DNA from: a virus
IMG/VR virus record: IMGVR_UViG_3300045988_137040
DNA length: 64,000 nt
Direction: 5' to 3' (one strand)
Shown here: positions 36,245-44,629 of the stretch, one piece after another
How the letters are laid out: each line of letters opens with the position of its first letter
Numbering within the stretch: the stretch's first letter is position 1
Notes under the pieces: generated by a model
Seen by the model: only the letters and a program-made list of their open reading frames with translations
Database searches by the model: none
What the model was told of the DNA's origin: nothing
Position numbers and translations under genes: made by a program

Positions 36245-36610
36245 TTAGAAGCTCACGAAGTGGATAAAACCGTCTCGCGTGTCGGCCTCCTGCTGACAGC
36301 GTCGCATGATGTCGAGGGCTTTCTCGGCTGTCATACCTGCCTCGTCGAGGGCTTTCTTGATAAGGTCGCTCTCCGTGAACAGTGTCGGGTCGTCGATATA
36401 CACCATGAGGTTCTGCATGGCATCCTCGTAGCCCATCACGTTGCACTCGAAATATTCCGAGTACATTCCGTCCTCGCTGCCAACCGCATTAGGCTCACCA
36501 CCTAACGCGGCCAACAGCTCGTAGAAGGCATGCACCTTGTTATGGAAATCGCAAGAAGTCTCAACATACTCCACCTCGTACTTCTTTGCAACATGAAGAT
36601 TCTGTCCCAT
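36245..36610 (-). CDS. hypothetical protein
   Basis: 121-aa ORF. Its first 14 codons are duplicated at 37497-37538. Confidence 0.7.
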   Translation of the reverse strand: MGQNLHVAKKYEVEYVETSCDFHNKVHAFYELLAALGGEPNAVGSEDGMYSEYFECNVMGYEDAMQNLMVYIDDPTLFTESDLIKKALDEAGMTAEKALDIMRRCQQEADTRDGFIHFVSF

Positions 36611-36630
36611 AGTCGTAATGTATTAAAGGT

Positions 36631-37218
36631 TTATAGAAATAACTTTTCGTAGTCGATGCCGATAGCTTCGGCGATATAGTTCAAGTCCTTGTAGCTCCAC
36701 TGGTGCATAGAGAACAATTCTTGGATAGCAACCTCGGTCTGCTCCGTCACGTCCTCCAACCGCACATAGAACCGCTCGTTGTTGGGGTCGTCATATTGCT
36801 TGGCCAACTGCTCGTTAATCACCACCGTATCGCCCTCATGCTTTATCCACGATGTGGTATCAATGAAAGTGGGGATGTACGTGTTGAGCCACCGCATAGC
36901 CGCCTTTAGGTTGCCAAATGTGTGTGTCCAATGCGTCACCTTACCGTGTCGTTCAGGCAGCTCGGCATGGATAACACAGATATAAATCTTATCACCACGC
37001 TCGTTGCTGTTCTCGTAGGCGTGCTGCTTAGCGTCGAGGATAAGCTGTTCCAACTCGTTGGCATAGTAGCCTTGGGCGTACCGCTCTGTCTCGCCATCGT
37101 TCCACTCGATATAGAGGCTATAGCCGTTGTCCTCTTTCTCGGTGTGCAGTTGCGCACCATAGTCTTTCAACATTCGATTGGCATCTGCCAACATCGTTTT
37201 CCAATTTTCTTGTGCCAT
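36631..37218 (-). CDS. hypothetical protein
   Basis: 195-aa ORF. It is the first gene downstream of palindromic repeat copy 1. Confidence 0.7.
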   Translation of the reverse strand: MAQENWKTMLADANRMLKDYGAQLHTEKEDNGYSLYIEWNDGETERYAQGYYANELEQLILDAKQHAYENSNERGDKIYICVIHAELPERHGKVTHWTHTFGNLKAAMRWLNTYIPTFIDTTSWIKHEGDTVVINEQLAKQYDDPNNERFYVRLEDVTEQTEVAIQELFSMHQWSYKDLNYIAEAIGIDYEKLFL

Positions 37219-37251
37219 AGTTCGTATGATTTAGTTGTTGTTATTGTTTAT

Positions 37252-37445
37252 GTCGCTACGCTTATCGGGGGTCGCTACGCTCGAAATGAAACGTAAAATT
37301 ATACGTAAAATTAAATTTAGAATTATCCTGCACTGCAACGAGCATGGTATGCGATAGCTAATTTTACGTTTAATTCTAAAGTTAATTTTACGTTCCATTT
37401 CAAGCCGCGAAGCGGCGACCAAAAAAGAAGAGCGCGAAGCGCCCC
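37252..37445. repeat. long palindromic intergenic repeat, copy 1
   Basis: The core at 37270-37420 runs GGTCGCTACGCTCGAAATG...CATTTCAAGCCGCGAAGCGGCGACC. The arms are built of 12-bp AT-rich repeats, with flanking GCGTAGC/GCGAAGC boxes. Confidence 0.9.
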
Positions 37446-37457
37446 TCCCTTAGCGTC

Positions 37458-37538
37458 TTACGCAACCGTGAGCAGCTTGGGGCTCTCGTTGCCATTAGCC
37501 ACCTCGTACTTCTTTGCCACATGGAGATTCTGTCCCAT
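37458..37538 (-). pseudogene. chimeric gene remnant: 5' end of a 36245..36610-like gene joined to the 3' end of an ArdC-like gene
   Basis: 37497-37538 is close to 36569-36610, and 37458-37510 is close to 39333-39385. The junction sits in the shared CCTCGT microhomology. The encoded peptide is MGQNLHVAKKYEVANGNESPKLLTVA*. Confidence 0.7.
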
Positions 37539-37703
37539 TGTCGTATTATTTTAAGATTGTACATTCAGTTATCGTCAACTCTGTGTGGTTGGTAGAATAG
37601 CTGCCAACGTTCGGGCTCGAAGAACATTTGTAGGATTTTGTCTTCTTCCATAATTCTATTTGTTTTGGTTATATTGGTAGGGAGATTACTCTCCCCGTTT
37701 GGC

Positions 37704-37931
37704 TTAGTCGATATGCTGATAAGTCTCGCCGTTCTCTTTCTCGTAATCGGTGTAGAATTCCTGATCATCTTCTATCTCTACTTTTTCTCCGCAGAAATCG
37801 TCGTTATCGAGAACAATATCGCAGTCATCATAGGCATCATGTACTTTCTGTAAAGCCTCTATCTCGCTCTCAGCATCAACGCTGACTACCTTGTTTATAG
37901 TCTCTGTGACTGATACGTAATATCTCTTCAT
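37704..37931 (-). CDS. DpnD/PcfM-like small protein
   Basis: MKRYYVSVTETINKVVSVDAESEIEALQKVHDAYDDCDIVLDNDDF fits my recollection of the DpnD/PcfM family. Confidence 0.5.
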   Translation of the reverse strand: MKRYYVSVTETINKVVSVDAESEIEALQKVHDAYDDCDIVLDNDDFCGEKVEIEDDQEFYTDYEKENGETYQHID

Positions 37932-37956
37932 AACTCTTGTAATTTTGGTTAATATT

Positions 37957-38003
37957 GTTCCGTGTCGGGTCTCGAACCCGATGTGCGCCTGTCGCTCACG
38001 GAT
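37957..38003 (-). ncRNA. tRNA-like acceptor/T-arm minihelix (47 nt)
   Basis: Minus strand: ATCCGTG-15 nt-TCGGG TTCGAGA CCCGA-CACGGAA-C. It starts 9 nt after the stop of the upstream gene. Confidence 0.45.
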
Positions 38004-38011
38004 GATAGATG

Positions 38012-38419
38012 TTAGAGTCTCTTGAGAGCAGCTTCGATGCCTGCGACTTTTTTGTCCTCAATCTTCGATATTTCTTGTAATATCTCGTCCAAGTGAGTAA
38101 CAAAACTAAGTGCATCTACTACGCGACCAACCTTCACATTAAGGTCACCAGCATATATGTCGCATATACCAAACTCTTGCAACAAATAGTAAATGGTGCC
38201 ACTATTTAGCGCAAGAAGATTGCATTTAACACAACTTATTTGCACGGTAATAACGCTGAAGGTAATACCACAGCGAGGGATGAAGATTTCTGTCATGTCA
38301 AGCTCAATGAGCTTATCGCATATAGCTTTCGCCAGTTCCTCGCACTTTTTTTTCAGTTCTTGAGACTTGTGTGCGTAATCGTCACGTCCAAGTACTTTCC
38401 ACATTTCTTTTTTCTCCAT
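38012..38419 (-). CDS. hypothetical protein
   Basis: 135-aa ORF. Confidence 0.65.
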   Translation of the reverse strand: MEKKEMWKVLGRDDYAHKSQELKKKCEELAKAICDKLIELDMTEIFIPRCGITFSVITVQISCVKCNLLALNSGTIYYLLQEFGICDIYAGDLNVKVGRVVDALSFVTHLDEILQEISKIEDKKVAGIEAALKRL

Positions 38420-38469
38420 AATTCTCTGTAATTTGGTTCATAGAAGAGGAGCTTGCAAGCTCCCCCTTG

Positions 38470-39312
38470 TTAGGCTGCGTCATTCTTCTTGATGCCGTTC
38501 TCTGTGAGAACCTCGTCGATCAGCTTATCGGTATCCATGTAGTAGCCCCAGCAGGAAACAATCTGCTCCCAGTCGTAGTCGTCCTCCGGCTCACGACCTA
38601 TTTCCGTGAAGACTTTCTTGTAATGGACTTTCTTCTCCAAGACGAATCCCTTGACATCTCCCCACATCCAAAGACCTATGCACTTAATCTCATGCTCGAA
38701 TAAGTCCAAGGCTCGCTTTCTCCAGTTTTTTGTATTAGTGTCATAATACTTGGAGAAACGCTCCTTGTCGCAGTAAGCATATCCGCTAACATAGTCTCCC
38801 TGGCAATATCCGCTGGATGACCACTCGTAGAATGCAATATCCTCGCAATCATGCAGAAGATACGTGAAATCGTCCTCTTCGAGGATATCGCAAAGTTCTT
38901 CTCTATAGACGAATCTCTTTAAGTCGCTCGGGCAGAACTCTTCGTGGTTGTACCACTCGCCCTTGTACAGATTCTCAAGATACCACATGCGGTCACTCTT
39001 GTCATAGCGCATACGGTAATTATCGACGTTTTCACTATTGATGTAGTCGATAATCTTCTTTTGCGACACATATATGCAGACAAGCTCTTTCAAAGCATCC
39101 TCTGCATTTTTAGCGTCAACTTCGCTGCTGCAACAACGAGACAGACCTCTATTGTATCCGTTGTCGGAATAGTCCCAGAAGTAAACTCCCACCAAATCCC
39201 ATGCAGTGCAAGGGCATTCGGCATCCTCATCCTGGTAAATGGTGATTCTGTAATCACCGATTTCCTTCTTTGCAAATTCGTAACTCACATCATTTAATAA
39301 ATGGTTAAACAT
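38470..39312 (-). CDS. hypothetical protein (family seen in plasmid/ICE accessory regions)
   Basis: 280 aa with YRITIYQDEDAECPCTAWDLVG...GLWMWGDVKGFVLEK. No named family assigned. Confidence 0.7.
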   Translation of the reverse strand: MFNHLLNDVSYEFAKKEIGDYRITIYQDEDAECPCTAWDLVGVYFWDYSDNGYNRGLSRCCSSEVDAKNAEDALKELVCIYVSQKKIIDYINSENVDNYRMRYDKSDRMWYLENLYKGEWYNHEEFCPSDLKRFVYREELCDILEEDDFTYLLHDCEDIAFYEWSSSGYCQGDYVSGYAYCDKERFSKYYDTNTKNWRKRALDLFEHEIKCIGLWMWGDVKGFVLEKKVHYKKVFTEIGREPEDDYDWEQIVSCWGYYMDTDKLIDEVLTENGIKKNDAA

Positions 39313-39332
39313 TGAATATCCCCATACAAGGG

Positions 39333-40427
39333 TTACGCAACCGTGAGCAGCTTGGGGCTCTCATTGCCATTAGCCGCCTCGTCGTACTTGCGCAGGATAT
39401 AGTTCACGGCTTTCTGTACCTGGTCGATGACAGCCGGCACGAAGTCCTTGTCAGTGCGCAGGGCGCGTCGCCAACTCTCAACATAGGCGATAGTGTTCTC
39501 GTCGAGCAGCTTGCCGATGCCGAGCATAGAGCAGACACACGCCGACGAGAGTTCAGCCACAAACTCCTCCATGGCATAGTCCTCAGTACCGAAGGCGCCC
39601 GTCACCTCACGGTTCACGGCCTTGGCCGTGGAGTGTGCCATCTCGTGCAGAGCGGTGCCATAGAACTGGGCATCGCCGAGGAAGTTCTTACGCTCGGGCA
39701 GATGTATCTCGTCCTTGCCTATGAGGTAGCAACTCTCTCGTCCACCGAAACGGATAGGACAACGCCAACCGCCAAAGAGTATCATGTGCTCCAACACGTC
39801 GTCACGCACACCCTCCTTGTAGTCATGCTCCGGTGTCTTGGTCATCTCGGCATAGTCGTCGGGGTAGAGCGTGGCGAAGTTCGTTTGGTCGAGGTTATAG
39901 ACCAGATAGCTCTCCTGTATGAACCACGTCTTGCCTTCTTGCTTCTCCTCAAGGGTCAGCTCGTCCCATTCCTCGTCGGTCAGCTTGTTGCCATCGGCAT
40001 CGTAGTGGACAGGCTTGTAGAAGATAATCGGAAACCTGCGCTCCACGTCCATCTCCGGCATCCCGTTGTCGCCGAGGATAACCATGCCGTCGTCGTCGAG
40101 TTTCGGAGTGGCGTTAGCCATCAGGCCGTCGTACTTCAATTCTCCGTTCTCGTTCTTCATCTGACTCTTGGTGATGAAGTACGGAGTGTTCCAGCCTCTC
40201 ACGCTGATAAGCATAGAGAGCCAGAAATAATTGCTCTTACGGTATGGCTTTCCCTTGCGGTAGAGGTTGCAGGGCGCACCCACCGTGGCAGCCACCCACG
40301 GCTGCTTGTAGTCGTGCTGCTCCATAGAGTTCAGTGCCTCGATGAACAGCTCGGCATACTTGGCCTTCATAGAGTCCGACATGCGCAGACCCTTACGGCC
40401 ACCCTTGTGATTTCTTTTCGTTGCCAT
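39333..40427 (-). CDS. ardC: ArdC-like antirestriction protein (ssDNA-binding N-domain plus HExxH metalloprotease domain)
   Basis: KQPWVAATVGAPCNLYRKGKPYRKSNYFWL...TPYFITKSQ fits the ArdC N-domain pattern. The C-terminal domain has LHEMAHST. Confidence 0.7.
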   Translation of the reverse strand: MATKRNHKGGRKGLRMSDSMKAKYAELFIEALNSMEQHDYKQPWVAATVGAPCNLYRKGKPYRKSNYFWLSMLISVRGWNTPYFITKSQMKNENGELKYDGLMANATPKLDDDGMVILGDNGMPEMDVERRFPIIFYKPVHYDADGNKLTDEEWDELTLEEKQEGKTWFIQESYLVYNLDQTNFATLYPDDYAEMTKTPEHDYKEGVRDDVLEHMILFGGWRCPIRFGGRESCYLIGKDEIHLPERKNFLGDAQFYGTALHEMAHSTAKAVNREVTGAFGTEDYAMEEFVAELSSACVCSMLGIGKLLDENTIAYVESWRRALRTDKDFVPAVIDQVQKAVNYILRKYDEAANGNESPKLLTVA

Positions 40428-40471
40428 AATAGTTCCTCCAATAATTTATGGTTGGTTATTCTGATTGTGTT

Positions 40472-40664
40472 GGTCGCTATCGCTCCACGAATTTTTAGGG
40501 TCGCTACGCTTGAAATGGAACGTTATCCGTAAAATTAAATTTAGAATTATACTGCACAATCTACCACACGGATAGGGTATGCAATAGCTTAATTCTAAAG
40601 TTAATTTTACGTTTAATTTCAAGCACGAAGTGCGACCCAAAAGAATAAGTACGAAGTGCGACCC
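40472..40664. repeat. long palindromic intergenic repeat, copy 2
   Basis: The core at 40498-40637 runs GGGTCGCTACGCTTGAAATGGAACG...TTTAATTTCAAGCACGAAGTGCGACCC, with a second GTACGAAGTGCGACCC box. Confidence 0.9.
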
Positions 40665-40669
40665 GATAG

Positions 40670-41512
40670 TTATGCGTCAGCCCAGTAAGTCCACGTCTTT
40701 AACTTACGTGTGCCATAGCGTTTGAGATAGGCGTTGAGACGTTTCTCGAACTTCTCACGCTCGTGCTTCACCCCTTCTAAGATAGTCTTGCGGTCAGCCT
40801 CCGTCATCTTCATGTGGTCGCCATGGTATTTCGACGGATTTTCCTGCACGTCCCATTCCGACCACGCTTTCCACTGCCATAGGTTCAGCGGCTCCGTCTG
40901 GGAATAACTCTCACGCTGGAGATAGAGCGTTGTGCCGTCATGCGACAGCGATTGCAACTGCTCAATATCCTTATCGAACTGTGCAAGGTTCTCACGAAGG
41001 AAGTATTGTTTCAGCCGCTCCTCGCTCGACGTTATGCGGTTGTAAGCGTCAAGGCTCGGCCCCTCGTCAGCCCAACAGAAGCGGTTCTCGATAGACGGCT
41101 TCTTAAATTTGAGGATGCCTCCATTCTGCAAACGCACGGCATAAGAGAACTGCTTGCACTCATAATAGTCAAGCATGTGCTCATCGCTCCACACCTTAGC
41201 CATCTCCCGTTTGAACTCGGGCAACAGAGCCTTGTCGCCCGACGGCTTCTTTTCCGCCGTCTCCTCGGCCTTGATAGCGGCAAGCACGTCATTGAAATCT
41301 TCTTCGCCAAAGCTCTCACCACAAGAGAGCCCATCGGGAAAGTCGCTCGTGTCTTGCACCATCAGTTCCGGCTCGCGCTCATCACGGTGGAGCGCATAGC
41401 ACTTACTAAGAAAGTCGTCATAGTTCTTGCAACTCTTAAGGCTTATCCAACCACCGGCAATAGAGCCGTTGTTATACTTGGCGTATGTGCCAACATATAC
41501 TTTAGGATTCAT
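40670..41512 (-). CDS. protein with an ArdA-like antirestriction N-terminal domain
   Basis: KVYVGTYAKYNNGSIAGGWISLKSCKNYDDFLSKCYALHRDEREPELMVQDTSDFP parallels the ArdA N-terminus (VYIANLGKYNEGELVGAWF...). Confidence 0.65.
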   Translation of the reverse strand: MNPKVYVGTYAKYNNGSIAGGWISLKSCKNYDDFLSKCYALHRDEREPELMVQDTSDFPDGLSCGESFGEEDFNDVLAAIKAEETAEKKPSGDKALLPEFKREMAKVWSDEHMLDYYECKQFSYAVRLQNGGILKFKKPSIENRFCWADEGPSLDAYNRITSSEERLKQYFLRENLAQFDKDIEQLQSLSHDGTTLYLQRESYSQTEPLNLWQWKAWSEWDVQENPSKYHGDHMKMTEADRKTILEGVKHEREKFEKRLNAYLKRYGTRKLKTWTYWADA

Positions 41513-41535
41513 ATCGTTGTGATTTAGAATTGTTG

Positions 41536-42948
41536 TTATGCTGCTTTAGCTTGTGTTCTCGATTTCTTCTCCAGCTTCACGAACTCCGCCTTGTTGTCCG
41601 TGATAAGCTTCCGTATCTCCTTGTCACGCTCCGGCACCGCGTTGCAGGCGGCACGGCACTGCACGATAGTGTTCGATGCCATGTTGTACTCGATGGTGGC
41701 CAAACGCTTGCCGTTGTCGTCCTTGGCAGAGAGGATAAGACTTTCGGGGTGGGTAAAATAATTCCAATAGCCCATGCGGTACACGCAGTGGTGCATGTGC
41801 TCGGCTTCTTCCTTGAACTCGTCAACGCTTTGCAGCGGACGGATAGTAAGGTTCGTGGAAGTCAAGTCGATTGTCAGCATCTTGCCCATGTGCTCGGGAT
41901 AGTGTTGCGCTGCCTCGGCCTCCCGCTTGGCACGCTTAGCGCACTCCGCATTGTAGAGTATCATGTCTTGCCTCCGTCGCTCAGCCGCCATAGCCTGTAG
42001 TCTGGCTTCGGCAATTTCGTCGATACGCCTCTTGCGCTTCAGCAACATGTCATGCAGGGCGTGCAGATTGTCGGGACACACAAACTTAGGATTGTGGATG
42101 TCCATGTGCAGGAACGTCAGCAGATAGAGCGTGTCAAGCCATAGCGAAGGGTCGTCGATATGATATTTATGTCGGATGCAAATCTTCACGGCCGCCTCCC
42201 CACCATGGGGCAGACGGGTTCGGTTACGCACAAGATGGTCGAAGAGCGGTGTCTGAGAAGCAGACAGCATCGTCTCAGCGATAGGATAGGCTATCACACG
42301 GATGCAGCTGGTGTTATAGTCGTACTTGTCCATCAGTCCCGGCACGTCCTTGTACTGCCACTGCTTAGTGAGCGATTTTATCTCATAGTTCCACACATAG
42401 AGATTCTTCCGCATCATGGAGCCCCAACCCATGCAGTTAGGTGACAACTCCCGGCGAAGTATCAATGGTGAGGACTTGCTGAAGGCGTCATACGCATAGG
42501 ACATAACATTTACAGTACGCTCATATACCTTGCGCTCTCCCGTAGGAGCATACATGATGCGCTCAATCTCCCACGCATGCACCTGCGCTGCCTTGCCATA
42601 TTGCAGCTTACGCTCCACGCGGACATAGCGCACCAACTGAATGTCACGCTTAGCCTCGAAGATAGCAATATCACGAAGCTCGGTATCCACTCGGCGGCGA
42701 TTTAGCTCCACCGTCTTTTTCTCCGTCCACTTGGCATGGCACTGAGGACATTCGTGCTGGCCGATAGGGTTGATAGAGCAACCGCACTCGGTGCAGAAGT
42801 AAACCAGCTCGCCACGCAACACCCTCGAAGCAAGACCGGGCTTGAACAGTTTACGATAGAGGCGGTGGGTCTCCGTCTTGCCGGGTTCGTCATGCAGACG
42901 CTTGTTGATAGCGGCGCAGCGTCTGCCAAATTCTGTCACTCGTTTCAT
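41536..42948 (-). CDS. PcfJ-like protein
   Basis: The C-terminus EEAEHMHHCVYRMGYWNYFTHPESLILSAKDDNGKRLATIEY fits the PcfJ domain pattern. An N-terminal zinc-ribbon-like CTECGC...CPQC is present. Confidence 0.6.
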   Translation of the reverse strand: MKRVTEFGRRCAAINKRLHDEPGKTETHRLYRKLFKPGLASRVLRGELVYFCTECGCSINPIGQHECPQCHAKWTEKKTVELNRRRVDTELRDIAIFEAKRDIQLVRYVRVERKLQYGKAAQVHAWEIERIMYAPTGERKVYERTVNVMSYAYDAFSKSSPLILRRELSPNCMGWGSMMRKNLYVWNYEIKSLTKQWQYKDVPGLMDKYDYNTSCIRVIAYPIAETMLSASQTPLFDHLVRNRTRLPHGGEAAVKICIRHKYHIDDPSLWLDTLYLLTFLHMDIHNPKFVCPDNLHALHDMLLKRKRRIDEIAEARLQAMAAERRRQDMILYNAECAKRAKREAEAAQHYPEHMGKMLTIDLTSTNLTIRPLQSVDEFKEEAEHMHHCVYRMGYWNYFTHPESLILSAKDDNGKRLATIEYNMASNTIVQCRAACNAVPERDKEIRKLITDNKAEFVKLEKKSRTQAKAA

Positions 42949-43349
42949 TTCTTTTCCTCCTGCTTTAAGTCCTCGTCCGTTTCGTCATAGTAGTGTACGG
43001 CCATGCTGTAGATTACCTCTGGAGAGCGGAAGATGCCCACGGCAGACTTGCCTTTGCGGTTAGCCTTGGCCACCTTCAGCATCTTGCCGAAGATGTATTC
43101 ACAGCATCCGTCGATGCTCTTTCCGGGTGCTGCAAGTTTCTCGATGATGTCGGGACGGGAATACAGATAACCCTCGATAGCCTCCTTGAACTCCTTGGGG
43201 ATGACATAGCTCGCACCGCCCTCGCTCTTTTTGGTATCGGCGTGGGCCTTGGAAGTACGCTTAGACTCGCTCTTAGGCTGAGCCTCTTGTTCACGCTGCT
43301 GCTTCAGTTCCTCGGCAGCGGCTTTGATAGCTGATAAATCAATAGCCAT
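42945..43349 (-). CDS. PcfK-like protein
   Basis: FKEAIEGYLYSRPDIIEKLAAPGKSIDGCCEYIFGKM...AVHYYDETDEDL fits the PcfK-like pattern. ATGA overlap with the PcfJ-like gene. Confidence 0.6.
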   Translation of the reverse strand: MAIDLSAIKAAAEELKQQREQEAQPKSESKRTSKAHADTKKSEGGASYVIPKEFKEAIEGYLYSRPDIIEKLAAPGKSIDGCCEYIFGKMLKVAKANRKGKSAVGIFRSPEVIYSMAVHYYDETDEDLKQEEKK

Positions 43350-43385
43350 AATTGCTTGAAATTTGAAAGTTGTTATTGTGTGTTG

Positions 43386-43590
43386 ATCGCTAACGCTCCC
43401 ATGATTTAGTGGTCGCTACACTCGAAATGAAACGTAAAATTATCCGTAAAATTAAATTTAGAATTATCCTGCGCAACCTGCAACGAGCATGGTATGCGAT
43501 AGCTAATTTTACGTTTAATTCTAAAGTTAATTTTACGTTCCATTTCAAGCCGCGAAGCGGCGACCGAAAAAGAAGAGCGCGTAGCGCCCA
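43386..43590. repeat. long palindromic intergenic repeat, copy 3
   Basis: The core is at 43411-43565 and is nearly identical to copy 1, including the centre GCAACGAGCATGGTATGCGATAGC. Flanking GCGAAGC and GCGTAGC boxes. Confidence 0.9.
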
Positions 43591-43596
43591 ATAAAA

Positions 43597-44589
43597 TTAC
43601 GCTGCCTTGATGATAGGCTCTAAATCTTTTATCTTGCAGCCTAACGACTTGGCCAGCGTCTCGAACGCGCGGCGGATGCGTGCTTTCACCTGTGCCTCGG
43701 TATAGAGCTCCTCGCCATCGGTAGCGGACGACTTAGAAGCCTTGGCCGTCGCCTTGGCTTTCTCAGCCTCCTGCTTCTTTGCCTCACGCTGAGCCTTGCG
43801 CTCCAGATACTCCGCCTTCTGCTCGGCACGCTTAGCAACCAGGGCCTCGGTGTTCGTCTCAACGATGTCGAGGAGGTCGTCGAAGTCGCAGCCCTCGTTC
43901 AGAGCGTTGCACACCTCACGGGCAGCGTCGGTATAGCGTGGGCTAAACAAGAGCACATAGACACGCTTGCCGTCCTTGCGCTCCCATGTGTGGGAGGCGT
44001 GGATTTCACCTGCACGCTGATAGGCGGGCTCGTCCTCGTCGAGACCCACAATCTTTCCGGCTTCCTTGCCACGCTTGGTGGTGTATGTCGCAAAGGTGTA
44101 CTTGCCCTTAGCGGTGCGCTTAGCGGTGCGCTTAGTGGCCTTCGGCTTAGGCTTGGCCTTAGGCTCGTCCTCGATAGGCTCGTCCTCGATAGGCTCTTCC
44201 TCGCCCTCGTCCTCGACAGGCTGCTCACGCACCTTATCCTTGACGATGCGCCCAGTGACCACACGGAGCTTGGCTTTCGGGCGTACAGGCACCGGCTCCT
44301 CGTCGATAACGTCATCGGCGTTCTCTTCCTCGACCTCGTCCTCGATGGGTTCGCTCTTAGGCTCGGCCTTTGCCTTGGGTGCCTCCTGCTTAGGCTCGTC
44401 GTCAGCCCAGTGCATCTTGCCCTGCTCGACGAGAGAATTGATCGCTCCCTTCGTCATGGGGAATGTCTGTTTCATGCCCTCGCGCTGGAAGTCTACGACC
44501 ACGCGGTCGCCGTCAACGCTCTTTATTGTGTACGTGGCAGCACCGCTACCGATAACTAACACTCTGCCTACTTCAAAATTGTTTGCCAT
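43597..44589 (-). CDS. hypothetical protein with a central acidic/basic repeat region
   Basis: 330 aa. Contains EEPIEDEPIEDEPKAKPKPKATKRTAKRTAK, encoded by short DNA tandem repeats (44090-44240). Confidence 0.7.
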   Translation of the reverse strand: MANNFEVGRVLVIGSGAATYTIKSVDGDRVVVDFQREGMKQTFPMTKGAINSLVEQGKMHWADDEPKQEAPKAKAEPKSEPIEDEVEEENADDVIDEEPVPVRPKAKLRVVTGRIVKDKVREQPVEDEGEEEPIEDEPIEDEPKAKPKPKATKRTAKRTAKGKYTFATYTTKRGKEAGKIVGLDEDEPAYQRAGEIHASHTWERKDGKRVYVLLFSPRYTDAAREVCNALNEGCDFDDLLDIVETNTEALVAKRAEQKAEYLERKAQREAKKQEAEKAKATAKASKSSATDGEELYTEAQVKARIRRAFETLAKSLGCKIKDLEPIIKAA

Positions 44590-44629
44590 AGTTGTAAGAA
44601 ATTAAAAAGTTGAATATGTTGATTGATTG

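Noticed and set aside
37231-37422. ORFs inside the palindromic repeats (37231..37422, 40446..40640, 43406..43591, 43409..43594)
   Set aside because: They occur on both strands only because the DNA is palindromic. The translations (…RLEMERKINFRIKRKISYRIP…) simply mirror the 12-bp AT repeats. They have no independent start context.
39312-40532. 406-aa + strand ORF
   Set aside because: It is antisense to the ArdC-like gene (HExxH and ArdC N-domain motifs) and runs into palindromic repeat copy 2. It is a shadow ORF.
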